DNA from: Candidatus Zhuqueibacterota bacterium
GTDB lineage: Bacteria; Zhuqueibacterota; Zhuqueibacteria; Thermofontimicrobiales; Thermofontimicrobiaceae
DNA length: 64,000 bases
Assembly: GCA_049322915.1 (NCBI GenBank)
Contig: JBMOPW010000026.1
Location: forward strand, 207,013-271,012
Direction: 5' to 3'
Part shown: one piece after another, positions 49,443 to 57,693 of the stretch
Layout of the letters: the number at the start of each line of letters is the position of its first letter
How positions within the stretch are numbered: the stretch's first letter is position 1
Notes under the pieces: model-generated
What the model saw: only the letters and a program-made list of their open reading frames with translations
Databases searched by the model: none
What the model was told of the DNA's origin: nothing
Program-made: the position numbers and the translations under genes

Positions 49443-50133
49443 TCATTATTTCATCTTTCACGACCTTCCCGTCTTCTATCGAAATTTTTCGATGCAGGTA
49501 GTGAATTACTTTGTCATCGTGCGTGGCAAAAATGAACGTGGTTTGAAATTCCTTGTTCAGATTTTCCATGGTACGCAAAATGTGATGGGAATTTTTTGCG
49601 TCCAGGTTTGCCGTGGGTTCGTCGGCCAGAACGACCTTCGGTTTTTTTACCATGGCGCGTGCAATGGCCACTCGCTGACATTCGCCGCCGGAAAGCTGGG
49701 GCGGTTTGGATTTAATCTTGTCCGTCAGCCCGACCCATTCCAGTGCATCGTGTATTGCTTTCTTTCGTTCATCGGAAGGCACTTTCAGCAAGAGCAAAGG
49801 AAATTCCACATTCTCGAAAACCGAGTACACATTCAGCAAATTGTATGTTTGAAAAATGAAGCCCAGGCTTTCGTTCCGCAATCGGGCCGCCTGCTTGTGT
49901 GTCAGCTTACTGATGGAATTGCCTAACACTATAGCCTCTCCCGCCGAAGGGGAATCCAGCGAACCGATGATATTCAGCAGCGTTGTTTTGCCGGAACCGC
50001 TCGGTCCGACTAAACCGGCAAATTCGCCCCGGCGAAACGATAAATCGATGCCATTCAACGCAGTGAAACTACCGCCTCCAATGGGAAACCATTTCTTCAA
50101 TCCGGAAAGCGTTATGATTTTTGAATTTTCCAT
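49438..50133 (-). CDS. ABC transporter ATP-binding protein (LolD/MacB-like)
   Basis: GPSGSGKTT, LSGGE, LADEPT, ATHD. Confidence 0.95.
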   Translation of the reverse strand: MENSKIITLSGLKKWFPIGGGSFTALNGIDLSFRRGEFAGLVGPSGSGKTTLLNIIGSLDSPSAGEAIVLGNSISKLTHKQAARLRNESLGFIFQTYNLLNVYSVFENVEFPLLLLKVPSDERKKAIHDALEWVGLTDKIKSKPPQLSGGECQRVAIARAMVKKPKVVLADEPTANLDAKNSHHILRTMENLNKEFQTTFIFATHDDKVIHYLHRKISIEDGKVVKDEIMR

Positions 50134-50183
50134 GGGTTCGACTCCAAAAAGTGAAATCTATGTTCGGAATTTTTGATTTCGAA

Positions 50184-51356
50184 TTAATGATGAAATGACA
50201 CCAGCACCTGCAATCCCCTGCCCGCGAAAAGATTGTTGTCTCCCTGAATTTGATAAATCTGAAATTGATCCGGATTCCAGAATGCCATAAAATAAAGACT
50301 CCATCGATCGAATGTTCGCTGCCAGTTGATGAAGCGGTACCAGTCCGAATTGTCCCAATTGTAATAGATGATGGTTGAAAAATTATCGATGATGCCCAGC
50401 GGATAGCTCATTGAAAAAGCAGAAAAAGCGAGGTCTTCGGTCGTCTTAAAAGCGCTCCCGGCTGTGGCCATGTTCAAATATTCGCATTGGACGTTCAGTC
50501 CGTTGCCGATATCAAAGGTATAATCCATGCCCGCATTGACCAGTCGCTGATAATCGAACATCGATAAATTCAATTCCTGGTGAATCAGCGCCGCTTCGCA
50601 CCACACGCCCACACCGACATCCCATTTTCCATCCAGGCCGAGGCGCCATTCGGGAATTGCGGACTTCGAAGATAGCAAGCTGGAAAATGGCGTCGCGTTC
50701 AAATCAGCTTCGCGATGGTGAAATGTGAATGCAGCTTCCCCGGTGAGCACCGGAACCTGCACGCGGCCGCCGTATTCGATTTTCTTATTATTCGAAGGAA
50801 AAGCCTCCCACCCTTTTGTTTCATCGTTCCCATACAAACCCCATAGCCAAATGTTTGCGTTGTTGAGGAAATAATACCGTCCCAGAAATGCGTACACGCC
50901 ATCTGTCATTTGCAGGGGATCGCGCGGATCGATGCGGTCGAACCACATGAGCGGCCGCAGGAACATGGCTGATCCAAAATTTAATTTTTGCAGCCCAAAC
51001 CGCAGCTCGAACTGGGATGACGAAAGCCTCAGCCACATTCGGTAGGGCTTCACTTTTCCATCGGTGTCAAATTCCTGGTCCTGCTGAAAAAGAACTGTCC
51101 CGTAAGAATTAAAAGAAATTTCAGCGTCCAATGAAAAGTTATCAGAAATCCTTTTTCCGAGAGAAAGCTCTGGAATGTAACGCAGCCCGATTTGCGCTTC
51201 AGCCTCCTTTTTCGGATTCACCGTCACCCAGTCTGAAAGCTGGCCATGTAATCCAACTGTCTGGGAAAATAGCAATTGAAATTCCAGTAAAACTAAAGAG
51301 AATGCCAATACAAAAAAAATGGCTATTCTGAAAATTATTTTACTCCTGGATTCCAT
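50184..51356 (-). CDS. Hypothetical outer-membrane beta-barrel-like protein
   Basis: Signal peptide; aromatic beta-strand pattern; located inside the ABC operon. Confidence 0.65.
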   Translation of the reverse strand: MESRSKIIFRIAIFFVLAFSLVLLEFQLLFSQTVGLHGQLSDWVTVNPKKEAEAQIGLRYIPELSLGKRISDNFSLDAEISFNSYGTVLFQQDQEFDTDGKVKPYRMWLRLSSSQFELRFGLQKLNFGSAMFLRPLMWFDRIDPRDPLQMTDGVYAFLGRYYFLNNANIWLWGLYGNDETKGWEAFPSNNKKIEYGGRVQVPVLTGEAAFTFHHREADLNATPFSSLLSSKSAIPEWRLGLDGKWDVGVGVWCEAALIHQELNLSMFDYQRLVNAGMDYTFDIGNGLNVQCEYLNMATAGSAFKTTEDLAFSAFSMSYPLGIIDNFSTIIYYNWDNSDWYRFINWQRTFDRWSLYFMAFWNPDQFQIYQIQGDNNLFAGRGLQVLVSFHH

Positions 51357-51948
51357 CTTCAGCTTCTTTCTGATGCGGTGTTATTCCATAAAAGAAAAAA
51401 GTTGTGAGCTCCATAATCAAATCCTGAGCATTTTCATAAAGCGCGACCAACTTTTCATCCGCTGCCATATCGAACATGTGATTCAAAAAATAGAGGATGA
51501 ACTTCGGATTAATGTCCCGGCGAATGTCCCCGTTTTTCTGAGCCTCGATATAATCGTTCAAGATCATTTGAATGCCTTCATTCCTTTTTTGAACGATATA
51601 GTTAATTATTTCAGGGTCCCCATTTTTGAAAAGATCATCGAGCAATTCCCGGCTGACTTCATTGGTTTGTTCCATCTTCAGTTGAATAGTCTGTTTTACT
51701 TTGTCAGTAAAAGGAATATCCTGATTCATAATTTGGTGGTATTTTCCTAACGCTTCTTCGGCAATTTTATCATAAACAGCGATGAACAATTCCGATTTAT
51801 TTTTAAAATGCTTGTAGAACGTCATTTTACTCACGCCGGCGTCCCGACAAATCTCCTCGATGGAAACTCGTTTCAAGCCAAATTTCCAAAACAATGAACG
51901 CGCGGTTGAATAAATCTGCTGCAGTTTGGGTTTGTCAATTGATTCCAT
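51340..51948 (-). CDS. TetR/AcrR-family regulator
   Basis: ARSLFWKFG..VSIEEICRDAGVSKMTFYKHFKNK. Confidence 0.93.
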   Translation of the reverse strand: MESIDKPKLQQIYSTARSLFWKFGLKRVSIEEICRDAGVSKMTFYKHFKNKSELFIAVYDKIAEEALGKYHQIMNQDIPFTDKVKQTIQLKMEQTNEVSRELLDDLFKNGDPEIINYIVQKRNEGIQMILNDYIEAQKNGDIRRDINPKFILYFLNHMFDMAADEKLVALYENAQDLIMELTTFFFYGITPHQKEAEDGIQE

Positions 51949-52465
51949 AGAACCTTACGTCCTTTACGATGCAAGTTTTAATTTACGTTTTATGTTTTAT
52001 TTTACTTAAATCGTACGATTCGTTTTTGAGAAGGTTCCGGTTTTTTAAATAAATTTTGGCTCTATTCTAAATTGTGTGGGTAATTTTAAATACGTCAAAA
52101 ACTAACCACAGAGCACACTGAGAATGCACAAAGTTCTCAGAGTTTTTTAAATCTTAAAAGCCTGATGTCACCAATTTTTTGATCGAAATGCCAATTGTCT
52201 TTCAGAAGTATTTTTATTCTTGTAAATTTTTTTCTTGGCGATCGTTGCGTTTCCGTTGCGCCCTTGCGGTGAATCTTTTTACCCATACGAAATGACATAG
52301 AACCTAAATTTTAATAGGACTAAAGGTCAGGAAAATTTAGTGAAATAGTTGATGATTTGGTTGAATTTGAGGGGGAAAAAATGTGGAATATCACGAATAG
52401 TAAAATGGTTATATATTACCAGCGTACTGATCTGGAATATTTTAGAAGTTGTTCATTTTTACTGA

Positions 52466-52745
52466 TCAAAGGGTCTTCTTCGAAAAAGCAGTCGCCAAAA
52501 TCAATCGATTGTGTGTTTCCAGTCCTTTAATGGATTCAGCAACTCTCAACAATGAAACCTCCATTGGAACGATCTGGTAGTTATGACTTCCTTCAATTTT
52601 ATCAAGTGTATCAGAAAAATAAATATTGATTCTTCCTTTCATAAAGATATGGCAATTCAATCATTGCGATAATTGGGATGTAAATAATAGACGTTGTCCC
52701 GGCTTCCTTAATCGCAGCTAAAGTATTTGTAAATTTCAAGTGAAG
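52466..52745 (-). pseudogene. Frameshifted, 5'-truncated PIN-domain (VapC-like) gene
   Basis: Frame A IYIPIIAMIELPYLYE joins frame B IEGSHNYQIVPME..LETHNRLILATA (HDRxIxATA-like). Confidence 0.6.
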
Positions 52746-52862
52746 GTGGTCGCGATTCGCGCCTGGCGAAGAATATGTCGTTTCTTGCCGCGCATCCGCC
52801 ATTCGACTGGATGACCACCCTGCTCCACGACCGGCTGTCACAGCCGTGGACGGTGTTTCGGG

Positions 52863-52937
52863 CAGGCGGCAGAGCTATTGGGGCTAAAGAAAGAAGAATT
52901 GAAGGATATAAAAGAAAGCCTGGAAGAAATGAAATAA
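52863..52937 (+). pseudogene. 3' tail remnant of a homolog of the R-M gene at 57694-60960
   Basis: AAELLGLKKEELKDIKESLEEMK* vs AAELWGLTKEELKDIKESLEEMR* (20 of 23 residues identical). Confidence 0.88.
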
Positions 52938-52969
52938 ATCACGCTTTCACATCAGGTTTGCCAAAAACG

Positions 52970-53029
52970 TCTTGACATTGTCAAGATATTCTGCTATATT
53001 AGTTGTCATAAATGCTATTTAATTGACAA
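52970..53029 (+). promoter_or_regulatory. Promoter TTGACA-17-TATATT with palindromic operator over the -35
   Basis: TCTTGACA-T-TGTCAAGA at 52970-52986; -10 at 52995-53000; second TTGTCA..TGACAA pair at 53003-53029. Confidence 0.75.
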
Positions 53030-53033
53030 ATCC

Positions 53034-54143
53034 ATGAGGCTATTTATGGAGTCAAACCGACCAAATCGTTTCCGTGAGCTGCGGGAACATGCCGGCCTGT
53101 CGCAGGCAGAGTTTGCCCGGCGGATGGGCATGGATAAAACCCTCTTGTCACGCTGGGAAAATGGCACACGAGCGCCATCGTTGGATCAGCAACTGACAAT
53201 TGCCCGTACACTGGGCATCACGTTTGACTATTTGGTAAATGCGCAGTTCTCGGTGCACTTCCAGTTTCGGGCAAAGAAAACCTTACCGGCGCCGCAAAAA
53301 ACAGCCATCGACCGGGCGCTGCTGGATGCTGAAATGCAAATTCATTATCTGGACACGACGTTCCGTCAGGCAAAACGCCTGCCTCAACCGTTTGCACTAC
53401 GCATGGATTTCCTGCCGCAACAACTTCCCACGCTCGCAGAACAGACGCGGCAGTACCTGAAATTGAATCAGCGGGTGACATTTGATGAATTGAAACAGGC
53501 TTTGACCGAATTCAATGTGCACATCTTTGAGTGGGCGTTGCCATTGGAATTATCCGGTCTTTCTTGCCGCAATGCTTACACCGTGATATTCATCAACCGA
53601 TTGCATACACGGGAACGGCGATTGTTCTCACTGGTGCACGAACTGGCGCACGTGCTGTTTCATCTCGGGCGTGACAATACGCAGACCGTCGTTTCTGTGA
53701 TCGCCTCAAATCGGGAGCCGGAAGAGAAGGAAGCTAATGCCTTTGCCGCCGAACTGTTAATGCCAGGGGCGACCATCGACACGATGATCCACTCACTGGG
53801 TCAAAAGATCAAATCACCCGAAACAATCGACAACCTGGCTCATTATTTTAATGTCTCCCGTGATTCTATCTTCTATCGGTTAGCGGAAAAAGGGATTTTC
53901 TCCTGGGATGAAAGAAAGCGCTATTTCAGCCAGTCGACTGCTGCGCGACCCGAACCCGATGTACGCGTCGACATCATTGACGAGCAAATTGCATCGGAAT
54001 TTCTGCGCCTTGCACTCGATCTCTTTGACGGCGAGCAGGCATCGGCCGGTAAGCTCAGCGAGTGGTTTTTTACCAACCGTATAACCGTCGATGAGTACCT
54101 GGCGCGGCGATCCATTGAACTGGAAGAAGAGACGATTTTCTGA
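53034..54143 (+). CDS. XRE HTH fused to ImmA/IrrE (M78) zinc metallopeptidase
   Basis: LREHAGLSQAEFA..SRWENG; RRLFSLVHELAH; EKEANAFAAELLMP. Confidence 0.92.
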   Translation: MRLFMESNRPNRFRELREHAGLSQAEFARRMGMDKTLLSRWENGTRAPSLDQQLTIARTLGITFDYLVNAQFSVHFQFRAKKTLPAPQKTAIDRALLDAEMQIHYLDTTFRQAKRLPQPFALRMDFLPQQLPTLAEQTRQYLKLNQRVTFDELKQALTEFNVHIFEWALPLELSGLSCRNAYTVIFINRLHTRERRLFSLVHELAHVLFHLGRDNTQTVVSVIASNREPEEKEANAFAAELLMPGATIDTMIHSLGQKIKSPETIDNLAHYFNVSRDSIFYRLAEKGIFSWDERKRYFSQSTAARPEPDVRVDIIDEQIASEFLRLALDLFDGEQASAGKLSEWFFTNRITVDEYLARRSIELEEETIF

Positions 54144-54150
54144 GGTAAGT

Positions 54151-54693
54151 ATGGTGGAAGAAGTGGAATTGAAATTCGTTGATCCGTTAATATTTGATGC
54201 GTCCGTCATTTTCAACATTGGGCATCGCGGGGAACTGAGCCAGGTGATCGCCCGGCTGGCTGAACGATACAGGCTGCTTGTTCCTCCTGAAGTCGTTGAA
54301 GAGACACAACGGATTTCTGAATTCCGGCAATACTATCACAACTTAATTTCAGCCGACTTCGAACAACACGCAGGAAAAGTCCCTGCCATGTACTCCGATG
54401 CGATTATCAAACTGGCAACCCGATTGGGCAGCGGAGAACTCAACGTGATTATCCTTGCCCTGGATACCGGCGGCACGGCAGTGATCGACGAGCGAACAGC
54501 ACGTAAAGAGGCGCGCACTTTGAATATTCCAGTGACAGGAACGCTGGGTCTGTTGCAATATGCCATGCAACAGGCATGGTTGACCGAACAGGAAGCGCTG
54601 GTGAAAATTGAAACGTTGAGAGCGAATGGATTTCGGATTCCGTCATTTGCGCATGGGCAAATGTTGTCTGAGTATTTAAGTAACTTGGGTTAA
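54151..54693 (+). CDS. DUF3368-like PIN-domain protein
   Basis: IFDASVI, LGSGE..I.LA, VIDERTARKEA..IPVTGTLGLL. ATG at 54151 follows GAGGT. Confidence 0.85.
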   Translation: MVEEVELKFVDPLIFDASVIFNIGHRGELSQVIARLAERYRLLVPPEVVEETQRISEFRQYYHNLISADFEQHAGKVPAMYSDAIIKLATRLGSGELNVIILALDTGGTAVIDERTARKEARTLNIPVTGTLGLLQYAMQQAWLTEQEALVKIETLRANGFRIPSFAHGQMLSEYLSNLG

Positions 54694-54708
54694 TAGCTGA
54701 ATAAGAGG

Positions 54709-54820
54709 AGTAATTACGTCGCCTGTCTGGTGACCCGCGTTATCATCGACATTGAAGACGCCCTCGCATGACTCAAAGGCGCTGGCGTATGAGTTGGTGA
54801 AGGGGGCGCATAATTTGTAA
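54709..54820 (+). pseudogene. uxaC: Degenerate 3' tail of uronate isomerase (copy 1)
   Basis: SNYVACLVTRVIIDIEDA / (frameshift) KALAYELVKGAHNL*; aligns with copy 2. Confidence 0.6.
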
Positions 54821-54864
54821 AGCAGTTTTCGTCTGCCTGGTGTGAATTAAACTCTGAGGTTAAT

Positions 54865-56049
54865 ATGTATATCTCACGTTTAAAACTTATCAATTGGAAA
54901 AATTTTGGTAACATTGATATTCCATTGCAGCCTCGCACGTTTATTGTCGGAGCCAACGCCTCAGGAAAATCAAATTTATTGGATGCCATTCGATTCCTCC
55001 GTGACATAGCGAAAAATGGAGGTGGCTTACAATATGCTGTTAATAACGTCCGGGGAGGTGTTAAAAAAATCCGCAATCTATCCGCGCGCCAGGAAACCGA
55101 CATTACCATTGAAATAGAGCTAAGCGATGCTGATGCAAAGAAACCCGAATGGCTATATCGATTAAAATTCAATCAAGTCGGTGGTGGTGTCCGTGACTTA
55201 AAGCCAACGCTGCGTGAAGAGATAGTATGGTATAAGGATACACCAGTACTGGAGCGGAGTTTCGGTAAATTCAGTAAGAAGGAAAGTACGAAGGTCGATC
55301 GATTATCTCTATCTACTTTTCTTGAGCAACCCAGCCAGAACGATAAATTTTGGCCATTGGTAGAAATTATCCGGGATATACAGTATCTTCACATTATTCC
55401 GCATTTAGTCCGTTTATCCCACCAGGTCATCATGCCAGAAGAGCAGGCAGACTATTTCGGAAAAGATATTATTCAACGCATCAATCATTTAAACAAAAAG
55501 ACGCAACTATCTTATCTAAAAAAAATTGGGAAAGTACTCGAAATTGCTGTTCCCCAATTCAAACAAATTACATTACAGCAAGATGGTGATGGTGTACCTC
55601 ACATTCAGGCTATTTTCCAACATTGGCGGGCGAAAGGGGCGCGACAATGGGAGGATCAATTTTCCGACGGGACGCTTCGGTTAATTGGTTTACTATGGGC
55701 ATTGTTAGATGGAACAAAACCACTTTTGTTAGAAGAACCGGAACTCTCTCTCAACGCAGCCATCGTTTCACGCCTTTCTGAGACCATTGCCAGCCTTCAA
55801 CAGAAGAAAAACGGTCAACGCCAGGTCATCGTCTCCACTCACAGTTTTGATTTGTTGAATAATTCCGGAATTTCCACCAAAGAAACCATTATGCTTATCC
55901 CCGGAGAAAATGGTACTGAAGCGCGGTGCGCAAACGACGATCTGGAGATCAGGACGCTGCTGGAATCCGGAATGACAGTTGGCGAAACAGTCATTCAACA
56001 GACTGCGCCTAAAAATATCCAACGAATGACGCGTGTTATGGGGGACTGA
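54865..56049 (+). CDS. ABC-type (AAA_21/SMC-like) ATPase
   Basis: LKLINWKNF, GANASGKSN, FSDGT, LLLEEPE, VSTHS. Confidence 0.9.
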   Translation: MYISRLKLINWKNFGNIDIPLQPRTFIVGANASGKSNLLDAIRFLRDIAKNGGGLQYAVNNVRGGVKKIRNLSARQETDITIEIELSDADAKKPEWLYRLKFNQVGGGVRDLKPTLREEIVWYKDTPVLERSFGKFSKKESTKVDRLSLSTFLEQPSQNDKFWPLVEIIRDIQYLHIIPHLVRLSHQVIMPEEQADYFGKDIIQRINHLNKKTQLSYLKKIGKVLEIAVPQFKQITLQQDGDGVPHIQAIFQHWRAKGARQWEDQFSDGTLRLIGLLWALLDGTKPLLLEEPELSLNAAIVSRLSETIASLQQKKNGQRQVIVSTHSFDLLNNSGISTKETIMLIPGENGTEARCANDDLEIRTLLESGMTVGETVIQQTAPKNIQRMTRVMGD

Positions 56050-56642
56050 TGGTCAATATCACAGCCGTTGTTGAAGATGAATTGCATGAGAATATTTTAA
56101 AAAAAATGCAACTGGAAATCCCTGATATTAATATCGAGCAAATTTTGGGAAAACGAGGAAGTGGGTATGTAGAAAAACACCTGAAAGCATTTAATAACGC
56201 CGCGAAATTGAAGCCGTATGTTATTCTCCTTGATCTGGATTTCCGTCCATGTCCACCCAGTTACATCAAAAAAATTGTAATGTTTAATCGACAACCCCAA
56301 TTATGCATCAATATTGCTGTTCGGATTGCTGAGACCTGGTTGATCGCGGATCGAAAAAATTTTGCAGGATTTCTCGGAATATCAATGGCTAAAATTTGCA
56401 GAGACGTTGAAAGTATTGCTGAACCTAAAAAATATATCTTTAAGTTGACGGAAAAATCCAGAAATCGTCAATTGCGTGAAGCCATCATTCCGAGACAGGG
56501 CGCTCGGACTGGTCCATTATACAATACAGCGTTGGCGGAATTCATTTTTGACCACTGGGACATCAATCAGGCTTGCGAATGCTCACCAAGTTTGTGCCGT
56601 TTTATTGAGAGATTCAAAATGATAGGTGAGAATATAGAGTAA
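56049..56642 (+). CDS. DUF4276-like TOPRIM-fold protein
   Basis: AVVED, LLDLD, AETWLIAD, SPSL.RF; TGATG overlap with the ATPase gene. Confidence 0.75.
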   Translation: MVNITAVVEDELHENILKKMQLEIPDINIEQILGKRGSGYVEKHLKAFNNAAKLKPYVILLDLDFRPCPPSYIKKIVMFNRQPQLCINIAVRIAETWLIADRKNFAGFLGISMAKICRDVESIAEPKKYIFKLTEKSRNRQLREAIIPRQGARTGPLYNTALAEFIFDHWDINQACECSPSLCRFIERFKMIGENIE

Positions 56643-56649
56643 TAGTCAG

Positions 56650-56806
56650 AATACCCGCGCGTTCCCTTCAATGCCGGCACGCCAAGACCTGAGCCGCTGG
56701 GTTGACAGTAACTTCCTTTCCGGTATGGTCGCCTGCCACATCATCGACATGAGCGACGCCCGGCGCATGAGTAAGGCGCTGGTGAAGTGGGCGTACCAGT
56801 TTGTGA
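56650..56806 (+). pseudogene. uxaC: 3' tail of uronate isomerase (copy 2)
   Basis: NTRAFPSMPARQDLSRWVDSNFLSGMVACHIIDMSDARRMSKALVKWAYQF matches the remembered UxaC C-terminal motif DTRAFxSIPARHDxxRRVD..AYxL. Confidence 0.75.
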
Positions 56807-56986
56807 GAGACTTAAAAAGCTTTAATCGGGACAGCGAAGCTTACAAATGATGGCTTCTTAAAAGGGATGGAACAGGACGGTGGGCGCAATACTATCCAAC
56901 TGAAAAAATTCCAAAAACTAGACAATTTTAAATAACTATTTAATCACAAGGGAATTTCACTGAGTTAACCTATAGTAGTAATTATC

Positions 56987-57222
56987 ACCAGCTATGCGAT
57001 GTTTTTGTTGCAATCCATTTTACAGACGATCGATCCATCGCAGGTAGCAATAATCATTATGAATGTCAAGCATGGAGACTTGTTAAAAATTGATGAGCCA
57101 CCAGCCAGGCTTGATGAAGCTAAAAAAGGACTATGGCTAAAACTTGGGCTGGAGCCCAGACCATTTCAGAATGTTCATTTTTTTCTACCACGAGGAAAAA
57201 ATGGTGAAGCGAATAGCTTTGT
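56987..57222 (+). pseudogene. herA: Internal fragment of a herA homolog (direct repeat of 62666-62901)
   Basis: 236-bp colinear match with mostly synonymous differences. Confidence 0.92.
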
Positions 57223-57519
57223 CCCCCCTCGGCAACGACGCCTTTTTTTATTTTTACCCCTGGTCATTTCGAAAATGAAACTCTCAAAATGTTAACCCAA
57301 ATAATGCAATAGAAATTTGAAGAACTGCCACCAAGACACGAAGACGCTAAGTATCACTGATGAAAACTAAAGTTATTTATAAAATTATCAGACAAAAAAA
57401 TGAAAAGGTTTTACTAAAAAGTTGATAATAACATTTTATAAATTCTTTCTTTGAGTCATAGCTTCTTTGTGGCGATTGCATGATCCGGGTTAAATTATAG
57501 CGGAATGTCGCCATGATCC

Positions 57520-57548
57520 TTGACATTAGCCGAAGCGTTTTGTATATT
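57520..57548 (+). promoter_or_regulatory. Sigma70 promoter TTGACA-17-TATATT for the R-M/nurA/herA operon
   Basis: Exact motif ~145 bp upstream of the ATG. Confidence 0.65.
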
Positions 57549-57693
57549 TTGGCTGCTGATAATCTTTAAAAATCCATTTTAGTCAAATGGTCCAACCTAA
57601 ATCTCAATCAGGCCTTTTTTATTTTATGAAAATGATTGTCTCGCTCTTGCCACTTTATTGATATTTTAACAGATAGCAAGAAAGAAAACCTAC

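Noticed and set aside
52775..52975. 66-aa CDS from the ORF track
   Set aside because: The meaningful signal is the MTase tail in another frame; 52745-52862 could not be assigned in any frame.
56999..57295. Independent 98-aa CDS
   Set aside because: It is an internal herA fragment plus read-through sequence, lacking the Walker motifs.
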